Shown piece by piece: positions 25,339 through 38,700 of a DNA stretch of 64,000 bases. The notes under the pieces are model-generated. The model did no database searches and was not told the origin of the DNA. It saw only the letters and a program-made list of their open reading frames with translations. The DNA comes from Malacoraja senta (taxonomy: Eukaryota), in the NCBI GenBank assembly GCA_038087875.1, contig CM075988.1:5518001-5582000 (forward strand), read 5' to 3'. Made by a program: the position numbers and the translations under genes. The first letter of the stretch is position 1, and every line of letters begins with the position of its first letter.

Positions 25339-25754
25339 CATTCCTTCTATCCAGAGTTGCTGCCTGTCCCGCTGAGTTACTCCAGCATTTTGTGCCTACC
25401 ATGAAACCCCCTCGCCATGCACTGTCCTGCCCCTTTCTCTTTTCCACCTTTCTATTCCGCCCCACCACTATGAGTCTGAAGAAGGATTCCACCTGAAAAG
25501 TCACCTATACATTTTCCCCAGAGATGCTGCATGACCCGCATCTGCAGTTCTTGGTTACCACAATACAGGTCCTCTCCAGATCATGATAGGTCCTGAGAAC
25601 TGTCCACGACCCGAACAGTTTGCAAGTCGGAAATCCAGCTGCCTGGCAATATATTTAAATAAAACAGAGGCCAACATAGGCCTATAACTCAACCATTCAG
25701 GTTTATCAGCAATATGCACTGATATTGGCGTTAACCCTATTCCCATACTGCAGA

Positions 25755-25920
25755 ATATAGACACAAAATACTGGAGTAACTCAGCGGGACAGGCAGCATC
25801 TCTGGAGAGAAGGAATGGGTGACTTTTCGGGTCGAGACCCTTCTTCAGTGTCTGAAGAATACTTCAGCTTTTTGTGTCTATCTTCGGTTTACACCAGCAT
25901 CTGCAGTTCCTTCCTACACA
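25755..25920. mobile_element. Fold-back Penelope-derived unit with 14-bp TSD (one mismatch)
   Basis: TCCCATACTGCAGA at 25741-25754 and TCCCATACAGCAGA at 25921-25934. Confidence 0.75.
25817..25850 (-). ncRNA. Minimal hammerhead-like motif on the minus strand
   Basis: Reverse complement reads CTGAAGA-A-GGGT(CTCG)ACCC-GAAA-AG-TC-ACCC. Confidence 0.55.
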
Positions 25921-27089
25921 TCCCATACAGCAGAGGATGTGTGCAGTCCTACAACAGGCAATCCATCCCATTGTTCCGTTAAATGCTCGGTCGTATGTAC
26001 GAGCTGTCTATGTTAGGTGTTCCTAACCTAGAGAGGATCTGTAATGTAGTTCGGTTTAGAGATACAGCACAGAAACTGGCCCTTCGGCCCACCGTCCACG
26101 ATGACCAGCGATCCCAGCACCCTAATACTATCCTACACACACGAGGGACAATTTACAATTATACCAAGCCAATTAACCTGCAAACCTGTACGTCTTTGGA
26201 GTGTAGGAGAAAACTGGAGTTCCCGGAGAAAACCCATGTAGGTCACGGGGAGAACGTATAAACGTCGTACAGACAAGCACCCGTAGTCAGAATCGAACCT
26301 GGGTCTCTAGCGCTGTGAGGCAGCAACTCTACCGCCACGCCACTGTTCCTCCCTTGTATTGAAAGAAAGGCCATGATCGACTGTGGCCAAGCAGCCACAT
26401 TGTGGTAAAAATCCAATCTATTTGTTTGATGTTGTCCAATGAAATCTAGCTTGTTTGGTCCTGATGGCACAGTATACCTGTTAGACTACAAATGCTAATG
26501 TGTCAGGTTTGTTTGCATCTGATTACAGCATGAAAAATCTGCAGACCTTCACAAGGATAATTCATGAAATAAAACAAAAAACACATTCTAGAGAAAATTC
26601 ATTACTGTATAGCTCTAAACTTCGTGAATCCCAGGATCAATATTTACTACCAACATTAATATCGGTTTAGCAATATCAGTGCCAACTCTCTGAATAATAG
26701 CAATCTGTTCCATACAATCAATCACTTTTTCTTTTGCTTTATCCAAGGTTTTAATGTCTAACTTTAGCTTCACTGTATTGATTAGTCACAAAGGTGTCCT
26801 GGCCTCTTCCTTCCACACAGTTTCCCAATTGCAGAGAAATCGAGATCAATACCTGGTAAAAAAATTACTCATGCTCATTTGTCAGCTGACTTGCTAGAAT
26901 GACTAAAATGATTATACTTCAAAAGCTGGAAGTACTTGGTGATATCCTGAAGGATAGGAAGGTGTTCTATCAAAGCGTGAGAACAGGGACAGTGTGATTA
27001 ATTGGGTTGTTCCTTCAAAGGCTTCGTACAAGCAACTTTTACACCCTATGCCTACTTTCTACTCTGAAAGACTTTATCAATGAAGAACA

Positions 27090-27316
27090 TGTAGCGGAGC
27101 CTGCTGGCACACGCAGGTATCGAACCCGGCGTTCGGAAGCCGCGGTCACGTGACTTGGGAGGGGCCATGTTTTTTCACACGGTTTCGCTTTCGCGCGGCA
27201 GTTGAGCGACTGACCACCGTGGTGGCCAGTCGCATGTGTGTAGAGCTGTTGACCATAAGACGATTTCGTAATAAAATCTGTTTAAATCAACTGGTCGTCG
27301 TCTCTGCACCGGTAAA
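27090..27316 (+). repeat. Gypsy 5' LTR
   Basis: TGTAGCGG...GGTAAA. About 15 substitutions and 2 indels against the 3' LTR by eye. AATAAA near 27270. Confidence 0.92.
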
Positions 27317-27317
27317 T

Positions 27318-27330
27318 TGGTGACCCCGAC
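27318..27330 (+). promoter_or_regulatory. Primer-binding site complementary to the tRNA-Trp 3' end
   Basis: TGGTGACCCCGAC immediately after the 5' LTR. It matches the first 13 nt of the known tRNA-Trp PBS TGGTGACCCCGACGTGAT. Confidence 0.85.
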
Positions 27331-27357
27331 TTGTCTAGCCGTCGTTAGACAGGAATT

Positions 27358-30300
27358 ATGCAGGAAGACTACGTTCCCGCAGAATCGGCTGGCACGAGGC
27401 AGAGCTCACCGGGTTTCGAACTACCGATGTTCTGGCTGGATCAACCGCAAGTTTGGCTCGACCACATAGAGGCACAGTTTCATCTGCATGGCATTGCAGC
27501 AGACGAGACAATGTATTTCCATGTGGTGGGGGCTCTGCCACAGGACTGTGCCACGAGGCTGCTGCCTTACATAAGAGACCCGCTGGCGACAGCCAAATAC
27601 GAGGGATTGAGGGCAGTCCTGTTACACACCTTCGGGCTCAGCCGCCGAGACAGGGCGGTGAAGATCCTTCACATGGATAGAATCAGCGATCCCCAGCACC
27701 TCGCGGAAAGAGCCGATGAACTATGGAACACCAGACGACAAGACGTTTGCTCCTTCACCCGCCCCGCTGCCACGGCCAGGGTGCAGCCTAGGAGAAATCG
27801 AGAAGGAGGACCGAACTCGCCCAGCCTGAAGATGTCGGGTTCCCTGTCCGTTTCAGGGAAATGCCTCGGCCGATCGCCCACAAAGGCTAACGCGATCGGC
27901 CTGAACGAACGCCTCTACGTCCGTGATCGCCACTCTGGCTACCGTTTCCTGGTCGACTCCGGTGCCATAACCAGCTTCCTGCCCCCGACCGCTTGAGATA
28001 CCCGCATCGGTAAGGTAGGACCTGTCCTCTCGGCCGTTAACGGGAGCGACATTCGCACTTACGGGACGCGGATCCTGGACATAAATTTTGACTCCCACCC
28101 ATATAGGTGGAAGTTTGCCGTTGCTGACGTCGCCCAGCCGATATTGGGGGTCGACTTCTTGCGCGCATTCTCCCTGTTAGTAGATGTGCAAGGCGGGCGG
28201 ATGGTCCCGTGGTTGGACTTGTGCCCTACCAAGCCGCGTAATCCGTTAACGCCCAACAGCAGCCCGACGAGGTCGCTGAGATCCAGCAACCTTTCGCAGC
28301 CCTTCTCACCAAATTTCCAGGGTTGTTCCGGTCCCGGTTCAACAGGGCCGCGTCTCATCATGGCGTGGTCCACCACATCCCCACCGAGGGCCCACCAGTA
28401 CACGCCCGCGTGCGGCGCCTTCCGCCTGATAAACAGCGCATCGCACGAGACGAGTTCCAGCTTATGGAAGACATGGGAATTGTCTGGCAGTCGGATAGCC
28501 CTTGGGCTTCCCCTCTGCATATGGTGCCCAAAGCGTCTGGGGGTTGGAGACCTTGCGGTGATTACAGGCGTTTAAACGCGGTAACCACAGCACATCGATA
28601 CCCAGTCCCGAACATCCAAGATTTCTCAGCTCATTTGGAGGGCGCTACCTTCTTTTCGAAGGTCGACCTGGTCCGGGGGTATAATCAAATCCCGGTCCAC
28701 CCCGACGACGTCCCTAAGACGACCACCATCACCCCTTTCGGCCTTTTCGAAAGGCTAAGAATGCCTTTTGGCCTGAAGAACGGCGCTCAAGCGTTGCAAA
28801 GGTTAATGGATCAGTTCGGGCGGGGTTTGCCGTTCATATTCATCTTCCTCGATGATACTCTGGTGGCCAGCAGCTCGCAGGCTGAACACGTTAGGCTGCG
28901 CAAGCAGGGGTTGGTGATCAACCCCGCGAAGTGCCAGTTTGGGTTGCGCCTCATCTCCTTTTTAGGTCACAGGGTAACCAACCAAGGCGCCCAACCGCTG
29001 CCCGAGAAGGTCGATGCAACCCGTCGTTTCCCGAGGCCACTATCCGTCAAGGGCCTGCAGAAATTCATCGGTATGGTTCATTTCTACCACCGATTCGTCC
29101 CGTCAGCGGCCGCCATCATGCGACCGCTGTTTCAATGTCTGGCATGCAAGCCCAAGGATCTGGTTTGGTCCGATGCAGCTACATGGCTTTCGAGGGGGCT
29201 AAGACCGCACTGGCCAACACCACCATGCTGGTACACCCGAAGGCATCTGCCCCCATGGCCCTCACTGAGGACGCTTCGGACATCGCGGCTGGCGTTTTTC
29301 AGCAGTCAGCTACGGGCCCTGGAGATTAAGTACAGCACTCTCGATCGGGAACTCCTCGCACTTTACTTAGCGATCGGGCATTTCCGCTACTTCCTCGAGG
29401 ACCACACGTTCACTGCATTCACGGACCACAAGCCGCTCACGTTCGCATTGAATAAAGTAACCGACCCCTGGTCCGCCAGGCAACAGCGGCACCTCGCCTA
29501 CATATCCGAATTCATGTCTGACATTCAGCATGTGGCGGGGAAGCTGAACGTTGTGGCCGACGCACTCTCCCGTCCGCCGGTCCCTGAGGTTTCCCTTTTA
29601 AACCTAGGTGTGGATTATACGGAGCTGGCAGCGGCTCAAAGGGCCGACGCCGGCATGGAGGATTACCGCAATGCTGAATCGGGACTCAAGCTGACTGAAG
29701 TGCCTTGCGGCGCCGCAGGCGTGCGAGTCATTTGCGATGTCTCAACGGGTAAATCCCGCCCGATCGTCCCGATTGCCTGGAGACGTCGGATTTTCGACAC
29801 CATCCACAGCCTAGCTCACCCATCCATCCACGCCACCTCTGCCCTGGTTGCTTCCAAGTTCGTCTGGCACAGGTTACGAAAGGAGGTCACAGCATGGGCC
29901 CGCGCTTGTATCCCGTCAGACTTCCAAGGTGCAGAGGCATGTGCGCCCGCCCGTGCAGGATTTCGCTGTTCCAGACGGCAGGTTCCTGCACATCCATGTT
30001 GACCTGGTGGGTCCCTTGCCGTGTTTGTGTGGGGACACTCACTTACTAACAATCGTGGATAGGTTCACCAGGTGGGCGAAGGCAATACCGTTAACCGATA
30101 CCTCCGCTGAGGCTTGTGCCCGCGCTATTGTCTCCAATTGGATCGCTCGTTTTGGGGTCCCTTCAGATATCACTACGATCGTGGGGCCCAGTTCACGTCC
30201 TCCCTGTGGTGTGGTATGGCGCAGCTGTACGGCGCAAAGTTGCACCAGACCACCCCGTATCATCCAGAGTCGAACGGTTTAGTCGAGCGGTTTCACAGAC

Positions 30301-30800
30301 ACCTCAAATCGGCGTTGAAGGCCCGGCACACCGGCCCCGATTGGGTTGACCAGTTGCCCTGGGTTCTCCTAAGCATCAGAACCTCGCCTAAGGAAGACCT
30401 CAACGCCTCCTCGGCCGAGCTGGTTTATGGCTCGGTTTTGCGGGTACCTGGGGATTTTTACCCGCCATCAGGTGGTCCCGGCTTCGGCGGTGCTAGCTGA
30501 CCTTCGTGAGCGAGCATGCGCGTTGGTCCCGGTCCCCACCTCCCGACACGGGTCGTCCGCGGTGCATGTGCCTACTATGTTGCGGGATTGTGCTTATGTT
30601 TTCCTTCATAGGGATGCTCACCGCTCGCCGTTACAGCGGGGCGTACGAAGGTCCGTACAAGGTGTTAGAGACTGGTACCTCGACGTTCACGTTGGACATG
30701 GGTGGCAGGGAGGAGTTAGTCTCCGTCAGCCGCCTTAAGCCAGCCCACATCGACAAGGATAGCCCAGTGGCGGTGGCAACTCCGCGGCATAGAGCGTGTC
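27358..30800 (+). pseudogene. Gypsy gag-pol, with multiple frameshifts and stops
   Basis: Gag-like ELPMFWLDQPQVWLDHIEAQF and protease FLVDSGA. RT motifs SPWASPLHMVPK, GDYRRLN, RMPFGLKN and FLDD (28845-28856). RNase H DRELLA and FTDHKPL. Integrase HVDLVGP, DRGAQF, SNGLVERFHR and YEGPYKV. Confidence 0.92.
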
Positions 30801-31020
30801 CGCCGGCTGTTTTGCCGCCCTCTGCACCTGTTACCCCTGGTTATGTTTCACCGGTCCCCTCTGTTACGCCCATCCCTCGTTCGCGTTTGTCGCGCCCCTC
30901 CGGTTCTGTTTTGCCGGCCCCGAATGTTACGCTCGCCCTGTGACCTTGGACTATGCGTTCCGATCGAACCGTCCGGTTACCCGTGCGTGTCCATACCGCG
31001 GATTCTGGGGGGGGGGACCA

Positions 31021-31240
31021 TGTAGCGGCGCCTGCTGGCGCACGCAGGTATCGAACCCAGCGTTCGGAAGCCGCAGTCACATGACTTGGGAGGGGCCATG
31101 TTTTTTCGCAGGGTTTCGCTTTCGCGCGCAGTTGAGCGACTGACAACCATGGTGGCCAGTCGCACGTGTGTGGAGCTGTTGACCATAAAATGATTTCGTA
31201 ATAAGATCTGTTTAAATCAACTGGTCTCTGCACTGGTAAA
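31021..31240 (+). repeat. Gypsy 3' LTR
   Basis: Direct repeat of 27090-27316, preceded by a G-run PPT at 31007-31016. Confidence 0.92.
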
Positions 31241-31879
31241 AACATATCATTTTCATCTTTTCGAACTTTGTTAACAATATCAGACATTTCTTTCATCTGG
31301 ATTGTGCTCCAAATCTTCAAACACATCTAGTATTCTCATTCCTGTCAAAATCAAAATCAGATTTTCCCCAGTCCATTGGCTGCCTCACTTGCAGAGCGAT
31401 CACACATTCCATCACACAAGGCCCAGATTACGCCCACTTCAAATTCCATCCTTAACCTCAGCCCCAATTTGACAAGTATCGAACACGTCTCACTGTCAGT
31501 GTCTTGGCCAGCCCTGTCTTGGCTGCCCTCATCGCAGACAGAGGCAGCAGGGCTCCGAGGCTTTGGGCTAGGAATAGGACGAAAATTGCCAAAGCCAAGA
31601 CTTGCATCTCACGAGCGTATTTCAGAGCCTTGTGATGAACTACAGCTAAAGAAGGATTTTTGACCAATTGTCACTGTTCTAATGTAGGAAACAGAACAGA
31701 ACTAAGGTGTAATATGTACCCACAAAGTAAGATGATATTAATGATGAGATTTTCTGCCTTAGGCGGTGGTTAATATACTTATGAAACCATAGAGGCCCTA
31801 ATACCTGATCAGTGTCCTCAGCTTCCCATTCTTACTGATCTCCATAACTCTTGACTACACTTCCAGAATGTCACTCACT

Positions 31880-32074
31880 CCCCCTCTCTCTCACTGTCTC
31901 TCACTTCTCACACTTCCTCTCTCTGTTTCTCTGCTCTCTCTCTATCTCATCTCTCTCTCTCTCTCTCACTCTCACTCTCACACTCCATTCCCTCTCTCAC
32001 TCCCTCTATCTCTCTATCTCACAATCACTCACTCTCTCTCTCTCTCACTTTGTCTGTCAGTCTGTCTGTCTGTC

Positions 32075-32162
<88 letters not shown>

Positions 32163-32163
32163 A

Positions 32164-32245
<82 letters not shown>
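31880..32245. repeat. Compound (CT)n/(TCTG)n microsatellite
   Basis: Read directly from the sequence. Confidence 0.97.
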
Positions 32246-32249
<4 letters not shown>

Positions 32250-33073
32250 CTATCCATCTATCCTGCTTCACTTGCAATCATGTGTTTTAAGAGGATGACC
32301 TCTTTCTTCCAAACTCCTGTGGACATAGACTGAATCTACAAAGTTTCCTAAGAAGTCCAGAACAAGGGGTCACAGTTAAATGGGAAATCTTTTAGGACCG
32401 AGATGAGAAAAACATTTTTTACACAGAGAGTGGTGAATCTCTGGAATTCTCTGCCACAGAATGTAGTTGAGGCCAGTTCATTGGCTATATTTAAGAGGGA
32501 GTTAGATGTGGCCCTTGTGGCTAAAGGGATCAGGGGGTATGGAGAGATAGCAGGTACAGGATACTGAGTTGGATGATCAGCCATGATCATATTGAATGGC
32601 GGTGCAGGCTCGAAGGGCCGAATGGCCTACTCCTGCACCTATTTTCTATGTTTTCTATGTTTTCTAAGACACCCCCTTCTTTTCAGGAATTATTTGGATG
32701 AACTTTCTAAGTGCTGCCTCCCATCGAGTATATCCTCTTAAATCTGGAAACTAAAACTCCATGTGATATTTCATCAAATCCATGGACAATTGTAAACAGA
32801 CCTCTCTACTTTTCCAGTTCAGCTCTCTTCTAACAGAGGCCAACATTCCGCCTGACTGACTTCCTATCCATTGACCCTGCCTGCACGCTCCTCGTGCTTC
32901 TTGTTCTACAGCAGCCTGATCTCCCCGAACACTCATCCATCTCACAACATTTACACATTACTTTGTTTTTATATCCTTCTGGTCAAAGTGGATAAACTCA
33001 AATTTCTCCACACTTTGATCCCTCATTTCACCCACTCTTATCAGTCAGCACCTCTTCACAGAGATGTGGTATT

Positions 33074-33273
33074 NNNNNNNNNNNNNNNNNNNNNNNNNNN
33101 NNNNNNNNNNNNNNNNNNNNNNNNNNNNNNNNNNNNNNNNNNNNNNNNNNNNNNNNNNNNNNNNNNNNNNNNNNNNNNNNNNNNNNNNNNNNNNNNNNNN
33201 NNNNNNNNNNNNNNNNNNNNNNNNNNNNNNNNNNNNNNNNNNNNNNNNNNNNNNNNNNNNNNNNNNNNNNNNN
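33074..33273. other. Assembly gap (200 N)
   Basis: N run of round length. Confidence 0.99.
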
Positions 33274-33929
33274 CTCTCCTTATGCATATCTTTCATTATT
33301 TTATTTTCCAATGTGGCTTTTCCTATCTCTCAGTGCCCTCTCCCCTGACTCCCAGTGTGAAGAAGGGTCTCGACCAGAAACGTCACCTAATCCTCAGCCT
33401 GACCCGTTGAGTTACTCCAGCTCTTTGTGCCTATCTTGTGTGTTTATATATGTCTGTGTGTTTGTGGTGCATAAGCACATGTATGTGCATGTGTGTAAAT
33501 GCAAGTGTGAGTGCATATGTCCAGTTGTGTCACTATATGGATGTGTGAACTTGCACTCACCATTGTAAACACCTACATATATAGAACATAGAACACATAA
33601 CAGAACTACACAGGAACAGGCCCTTCAGCCCACAATATCTGTGCCAAATATGATGCTAAGATACATTAATCTCTACCATACATGATCCATCTCCCTCTGC
33701 TCCCTGCATATCCATAATCCTACCTACAAAACCTCTTAAACACCGCTATTGTATCTGCCTCCTCCACCATCCTGGTAACGTTTTGCAGGTACCCACCACC
33801 CTCTGTGTAAAAAACATGTCCACACATCACCTTTAAAATTTGCCCCTCTCACGTTAAAGCAATGCCCTCTAGTCTTTGATAGACCACTGACCTTTTGAAC
33901 CACTGAGGACGTCCTGCTGTAGATGCTCG

Positions 33930-35570
33930 CATACTTCATCTTTTCTCCCCATATTGCATTTTTGGTTACCTTTTGTTGTTAATTAAAAGTTTCCCAATTG
34001 TCTAGCTTCCCACTAATCTTTGCAATGTTATATCCCTGCCATTTTAGTTTTAAGTTGTCTTTAACTTCCCTTGTCAGCCACGGTTGCCTCATTCTCCCCT
34101 TAGAATCCTTCTTCCTCTTTGAAATGAAAAGATCTTGCGCTTCCGAATTATTCCCAGAAATTTCTGCCATGGCTGTTCCACCGTCATTCCTGCTAGGGTC
34201 TCTTTCCAGTCAATTTTGGTCAGCTCATGCCTCTGTAGTCTCAATAGACAATGACAATGGATGCAGGAGTAGGCCACACGGCCCTTCAAGCCAGCACTGC
34301 CATTCAATATGATCATGGCTGATCATCCCCGTTCCTGCCTTCTCCCCATATCCCCTGACACCGCTATCTTTAAGAGCCCTATCTAGCTCTCTCTCGAAAG
34401 TATCCAGAGAATCAGCCTCCACCGCCCTCTGAGGCAGAGAATTCCACAGACTCACAACTCTCTGTGAGAAAAAATGTTTCCTCATCACCATTCTAAATGG
34501 CTTACCCATTATTCTTAAACTGTGGCTCCTGGTTCTGGACTCCCCCAACATCGGGAACATATTTCCTGCCTCTAGCATGTCCAAACCGTTAATAATCTTA
34601 TATGTTTCAATAAGATACCCTCTCATCCTTCTAAACTCCAGAGTGTACAAGCCCAGCCACTCAATTCTCTCAGCATAAGACAGTCCCGTCATCCCAGGAA
34701 TTAACCTTGTAAACTTACGCTGCACTCCCTCAATAGCAAGAATGTCCTTCCTCAAATTAGGGGACCAAAACTGCACACAATACTCCAGGTGTGGTCTCAC
34801 TAGGGCCCTGTACAACTGCAGAAGGACCTCTTTGCTCCCTTACTCAACTCCTCTTGTTATGAAGTCCAACATGCCATTTGCTTTCTTCACTGCCTGCTGT
34901 ACCTGCATGCTTATCCTTTGCTCAGCTGTAAAAGCAACACATCCGCTTTCAACTTCACCCTCTCAAATTGCAGGTTGAATTTTATCATATAATGGTCACT
35001 ATCTCCGATCAAATCCGGTTCATTACACATCACTAAATCCAGAATTACCTTTTCCTTGGTAGGCTCAACTACAAGCTGCTCTAAGAAACCATCTCATAGG
35101 CACTCTACAAATTCTCTCTCTTGGGGTACCAGCCTGATTTTCCCAGTCTACCTGCATATTGAAAACCCCTATAATCACCGTTACATTTTCTTTCATACAT
35201 GCCAATTGTCTCCTGATATAACTTGTACCCTATATCCTGGCTACTGTTCAGGTGCCTGTAAATAACTCCCATCAGGGTCTTTTTACCTTTTCAATTTCTG
35301 AGCTCTGCCCATAACGATTCTACATCTAATCCTATGTCACCCCTTGCTAAGGACCGAATTGCATTCCTTACCAGCAGAGCTACCCCACCCACTCTGCCCA
35401 CCTGCCTGTCTTTTCGATAGGACGTGTAGCCTTGAATATTTAGCTCCCCGCTCTGATCCTCTTTCAGCCACGTCTTTGCACTGCCCACAATGTCGTGCCT
35501 GCCAATTTTGAACTGTGCTACAAGCTCATTCACTTTGTTCCTTATACCACGTGTATTCAAACATAACACC
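33930..35570 (-). mobile_element. CR1 endonuclease-region fragment with a second CR1 3' fragment (~34240-34912) nested inside
   Basis: CLNTRGIRNK..YRKDRQVGRVGGVALLV and PWLTREVK flank a block reading LYRALVRPHLEYC plus 3' UTR. Confidence 0.8.
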
Positions 35571-38409
35571 TCATGTGGAGAGAATTAAATTGTTGGGAGA
35601 TTGGGCTTTGGGTTAACATAGGAATGGAATGAGTAGGCATGAGTAGGTTAACATATGATGAGTGTTTGATGGCACTGGGCCTGTACTCGCTGGAGTTTAG
35701 AAGGATGAGGGGGACCTTATTGAATCTTACCGAATAGTGAATGGCTTGGATAGAATGGATGTGGCAAGAATGTTTCCACTAGTGGGAAAGTCTAGGATTG
35801 GAGGTCATAGCCTCTGAATCAAAAGACATTCCTTTAGGAAGGAGATGAGGAGGAATTTCTTTTCTCAGAGGATGGTGAATCTGTGGAATTCTTTGCCACA
35901 GAAGGCTGTGGAGGCCGTGTCAATTGATATTTTTAAGGCAGAGATAGATCCTGTAGATTCTTGATTAGTACGGGTGTCAGGGGTTGTGGGGAGAAGGCAG
36001 GAGAATGGGGTTAGAAGGAGAGATATATCAGCCATGATTGAATGGTGGAGTAGACTAAATGGGCCGAATGGCCTAATTCTACCCCTATCACTTATGACCT
36101 TATCACCTTATGTGATGGTAAGGATGTCAGGAGGAAATCAAATCGCCTATTTGGAACTTCTGGCTGTACACATTGTAAATACTTCACCTGTTCTTTAAGA
36201 TCCACATGCCTGACTCAGTCTGAAGAAGGGTTTCGGCCCGAAACGTTGCCTATTTCCTTCGCTCCATAGATGCTGCTGCACCCGCTGAGTTTCTCCAGCA
36301 TTTTTGTGTACCTCCAGTATTATTGAGAATGGGGATATTCCGAGAGCCTCCCTTTTAATCGCTGTTTAATTGTGCACCATTAATTTGTTTTAGTTTAAGT
36401 TTTGGTTTTAGAGATATAGCGGGGAAACAGGCCCTTCGGCCCACCAGGTCCGCACCGACCAGAGATCCCTGCACATTAGCACTATCCTACATACACCAGG
36501 GACAATTTACATTTATACCAATCCAATTAACCTACAAATCTGTACGTCTCTGGAGTATGGGAGGAAACCAAAACCTCAGAGGAAACCCACGCGGTCACGG
36601 GGAGAACGTACAAACTCTATACAGATAGCACCCGTAGTCGGGATCGAACCCGAGACTCAGACTCTGCAAGCACTGTAAGGCAGTAGCTCTAACGCTGTGC
36701 CACCATGCCCATTCACAAGTTTATTCACAACAGGATGTGGTAGAATTGCAGACAATTTATGTTTGTGACGTTTCTTGGCTATCTATCGCACACTGAGCAT
36801 TTCCAGCATTTTCTCCTTTTGCCACAGGGTGGCAATGTGGTTCTTCACTAAGCTCCTTCAGGAAGTTTTAGATCGAGAAAATGCAACCACAAGTAATATT
36901 ATTTAGTGAATAATATACATGATGCAGCTTGTCCCGCTGAGTTACTCCAGCATTTTGTGTCTATCTTCGGTGTAAGCCAGCAGCTGCAGTTCCTTCCTAC
37001 ACAATATTATTTAGTTCCATTATGAAGATTCTTTAATGAAACCCAACTAGTCCAAATAATGTCGTGCTATTTTCATTTCCATTACTTATATCTAAATAAT
37101 GGAAATAATTCTTTGAATTCTTAGTGATTACGATTCCAAGTGATATTATACTACTAAAGCCGTCCTTGACCTGGTATGGTGCTGTTGGTTTATTATTGGT
37201 ACATATGCCAAGATACAGAGAAAATCTTTGTTTAGCATGCTATCCAGGCAAATCATACCATAAAGTATAATCAAACCATACATAAGTTCATCAGGGAATG
37301 TAAAAGGGAAAATAAGCTTAAATGCAGAATATAATGTTACAGCTGCAGAGAAAATGCAGTATAAATAAAAGTGTACAGCCACAATGAGGTAGATTGGAAG
37401 ATCAGGAATTCATCTTTAGCATATGAGAGCTCATGATATCTTAAGGAAATAGGTGATATGAGCAGAATTAGGCCATTCGGCCCATCGTTTACTTTGGCAT
37501 TCAATCGTGGCTGATCTATCTCTCCGTCCTAACTCCATTCTCCTGCCTTCTCCCCATAACAAGAGTGTTTGATTGTCGTATGTCCCAGATAGAACAATTA
37601 CATTCTTACTTGCAGCAGCACAACAGAATATGTAAACATCGTACACTGTAAACAAGATAATATACGAGAGAAAAAAAATGAGTGCGTGTATATATACACA
37701 TACTCACAAATACACACACACGTATATATGTGCACACACACACACACGCACACACAAAAAACTAACAATAATAGTGCAATAATAACAATAATAGTCCATG
37801 TAGCTCAGAGCTTATTTGAGGTTGTGGTGTTTAATAGCTGAATGGCTGTAGGGAAGTGGCTGTTCCTGAACCTGGTCATTACAGTTTTCAGGCTCCTGTA
37901 GCTTCTTCCCGATGGCAGGGATGAAGTGAGGGTGTGGCCAGGGTGGTATAGAAGTAAAAGCAGCAAGCTGTGTTGTGATGAAGTGTTATTGGCCTGAAAA
38001 ATAATTCTGTTTCTCTCCTCACAGATGCTGCCTGATCTGCTGAGTGTTTTAATTTTGATTTAATTTCAGATTTCCAGCAAATGTACTTATTTTAAATTTT
38101 ACCGATCTCTGTAATTGTTTTGTTTCGTCTCCCTCCCCTCCATTGATAACCTTTTGCATAATCTCCCAATTCCTTTCACGCCTCTTTCTTCCAAGGTCAA
38201 GGTGACTTGACAGCCTTTTGTTCTGCTCATTTCCTTTTCCTTAGTAATCACGATTTCTCTGTGTTCCTCTCTCCCTTTGCCTGGATTTCCTGGAATTACG
38301 AGTATGTTCCCATGGTTTTCTATTGTAAAGGCAGATGAAACATAATTGTCCAAAGTTTCTGCCATTTCCTTTTCAGGCTCAGGTTTAGGTTTAGGTTTAT
38401 TATTGCTAT

Positions 38410-38700
38410 GTTTAGTTTAGTTTAGTTTAGAGATATAGCGCGGAAACAGGACCTTCGGCCCACCGAGTCCGCGCCGACCAGCAATCCCCGCAAATTGATA
38501 CTATACTAGACGTTAGGGACAATTAAAACATACACAAAGCCAATTAAACTATAAACCTGTACGTCTTTGGAGTGTGGGAGGAAACTGAAGATCTTGGAGA
38601 AAACCCATGCGGTCACGGGGAGAACGTACAAACTCCGCACAGACAGCACCCGTAGTCAGGATCAAACCCGGGTCTCTGGCGCTGTAAGGCAGTAGTAGCT
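38410..38700 (-). mobile_element. V-SINE. Other minus-strand copies near 1-80, 2340-2535, 3810-4110, 6140-6386, 11125-11378, 12085-12393, 23130-23295, 23770-24065, 26050-26348, 36390-36710, 41268-41562, 41808-42195, 42575-42790, 54277-54575, 60655-60955, 62095-62400, 63010-63270
   Basis: Reverse complement of the same consensus: (TTTAG)n AGATACAGCGCGGAAACAGGCCC...GGAGTGTGGGAGGAAACC...GGATCGAACCC. Confidence 0.85.

Larger units (their letters stand above)
27090..31240 (+). mobile_element. Gypsy/Ty3 LTR retrotransposon, complete structure, decayed
   Basis: Paired LTRs, TSD AACA (27086-27089 and 31241-31244), PBS and PPT. Domain order gag-PR-RT-RNaseH-IN. Confidence 0.95.

Noticed and set aside
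31851..32333. Ser/Leu- and Glu/Arg-rich ORFs, and the Ile/Tyr ORFs at 61147-61453
   Set aside because: They are translations of microsatellites
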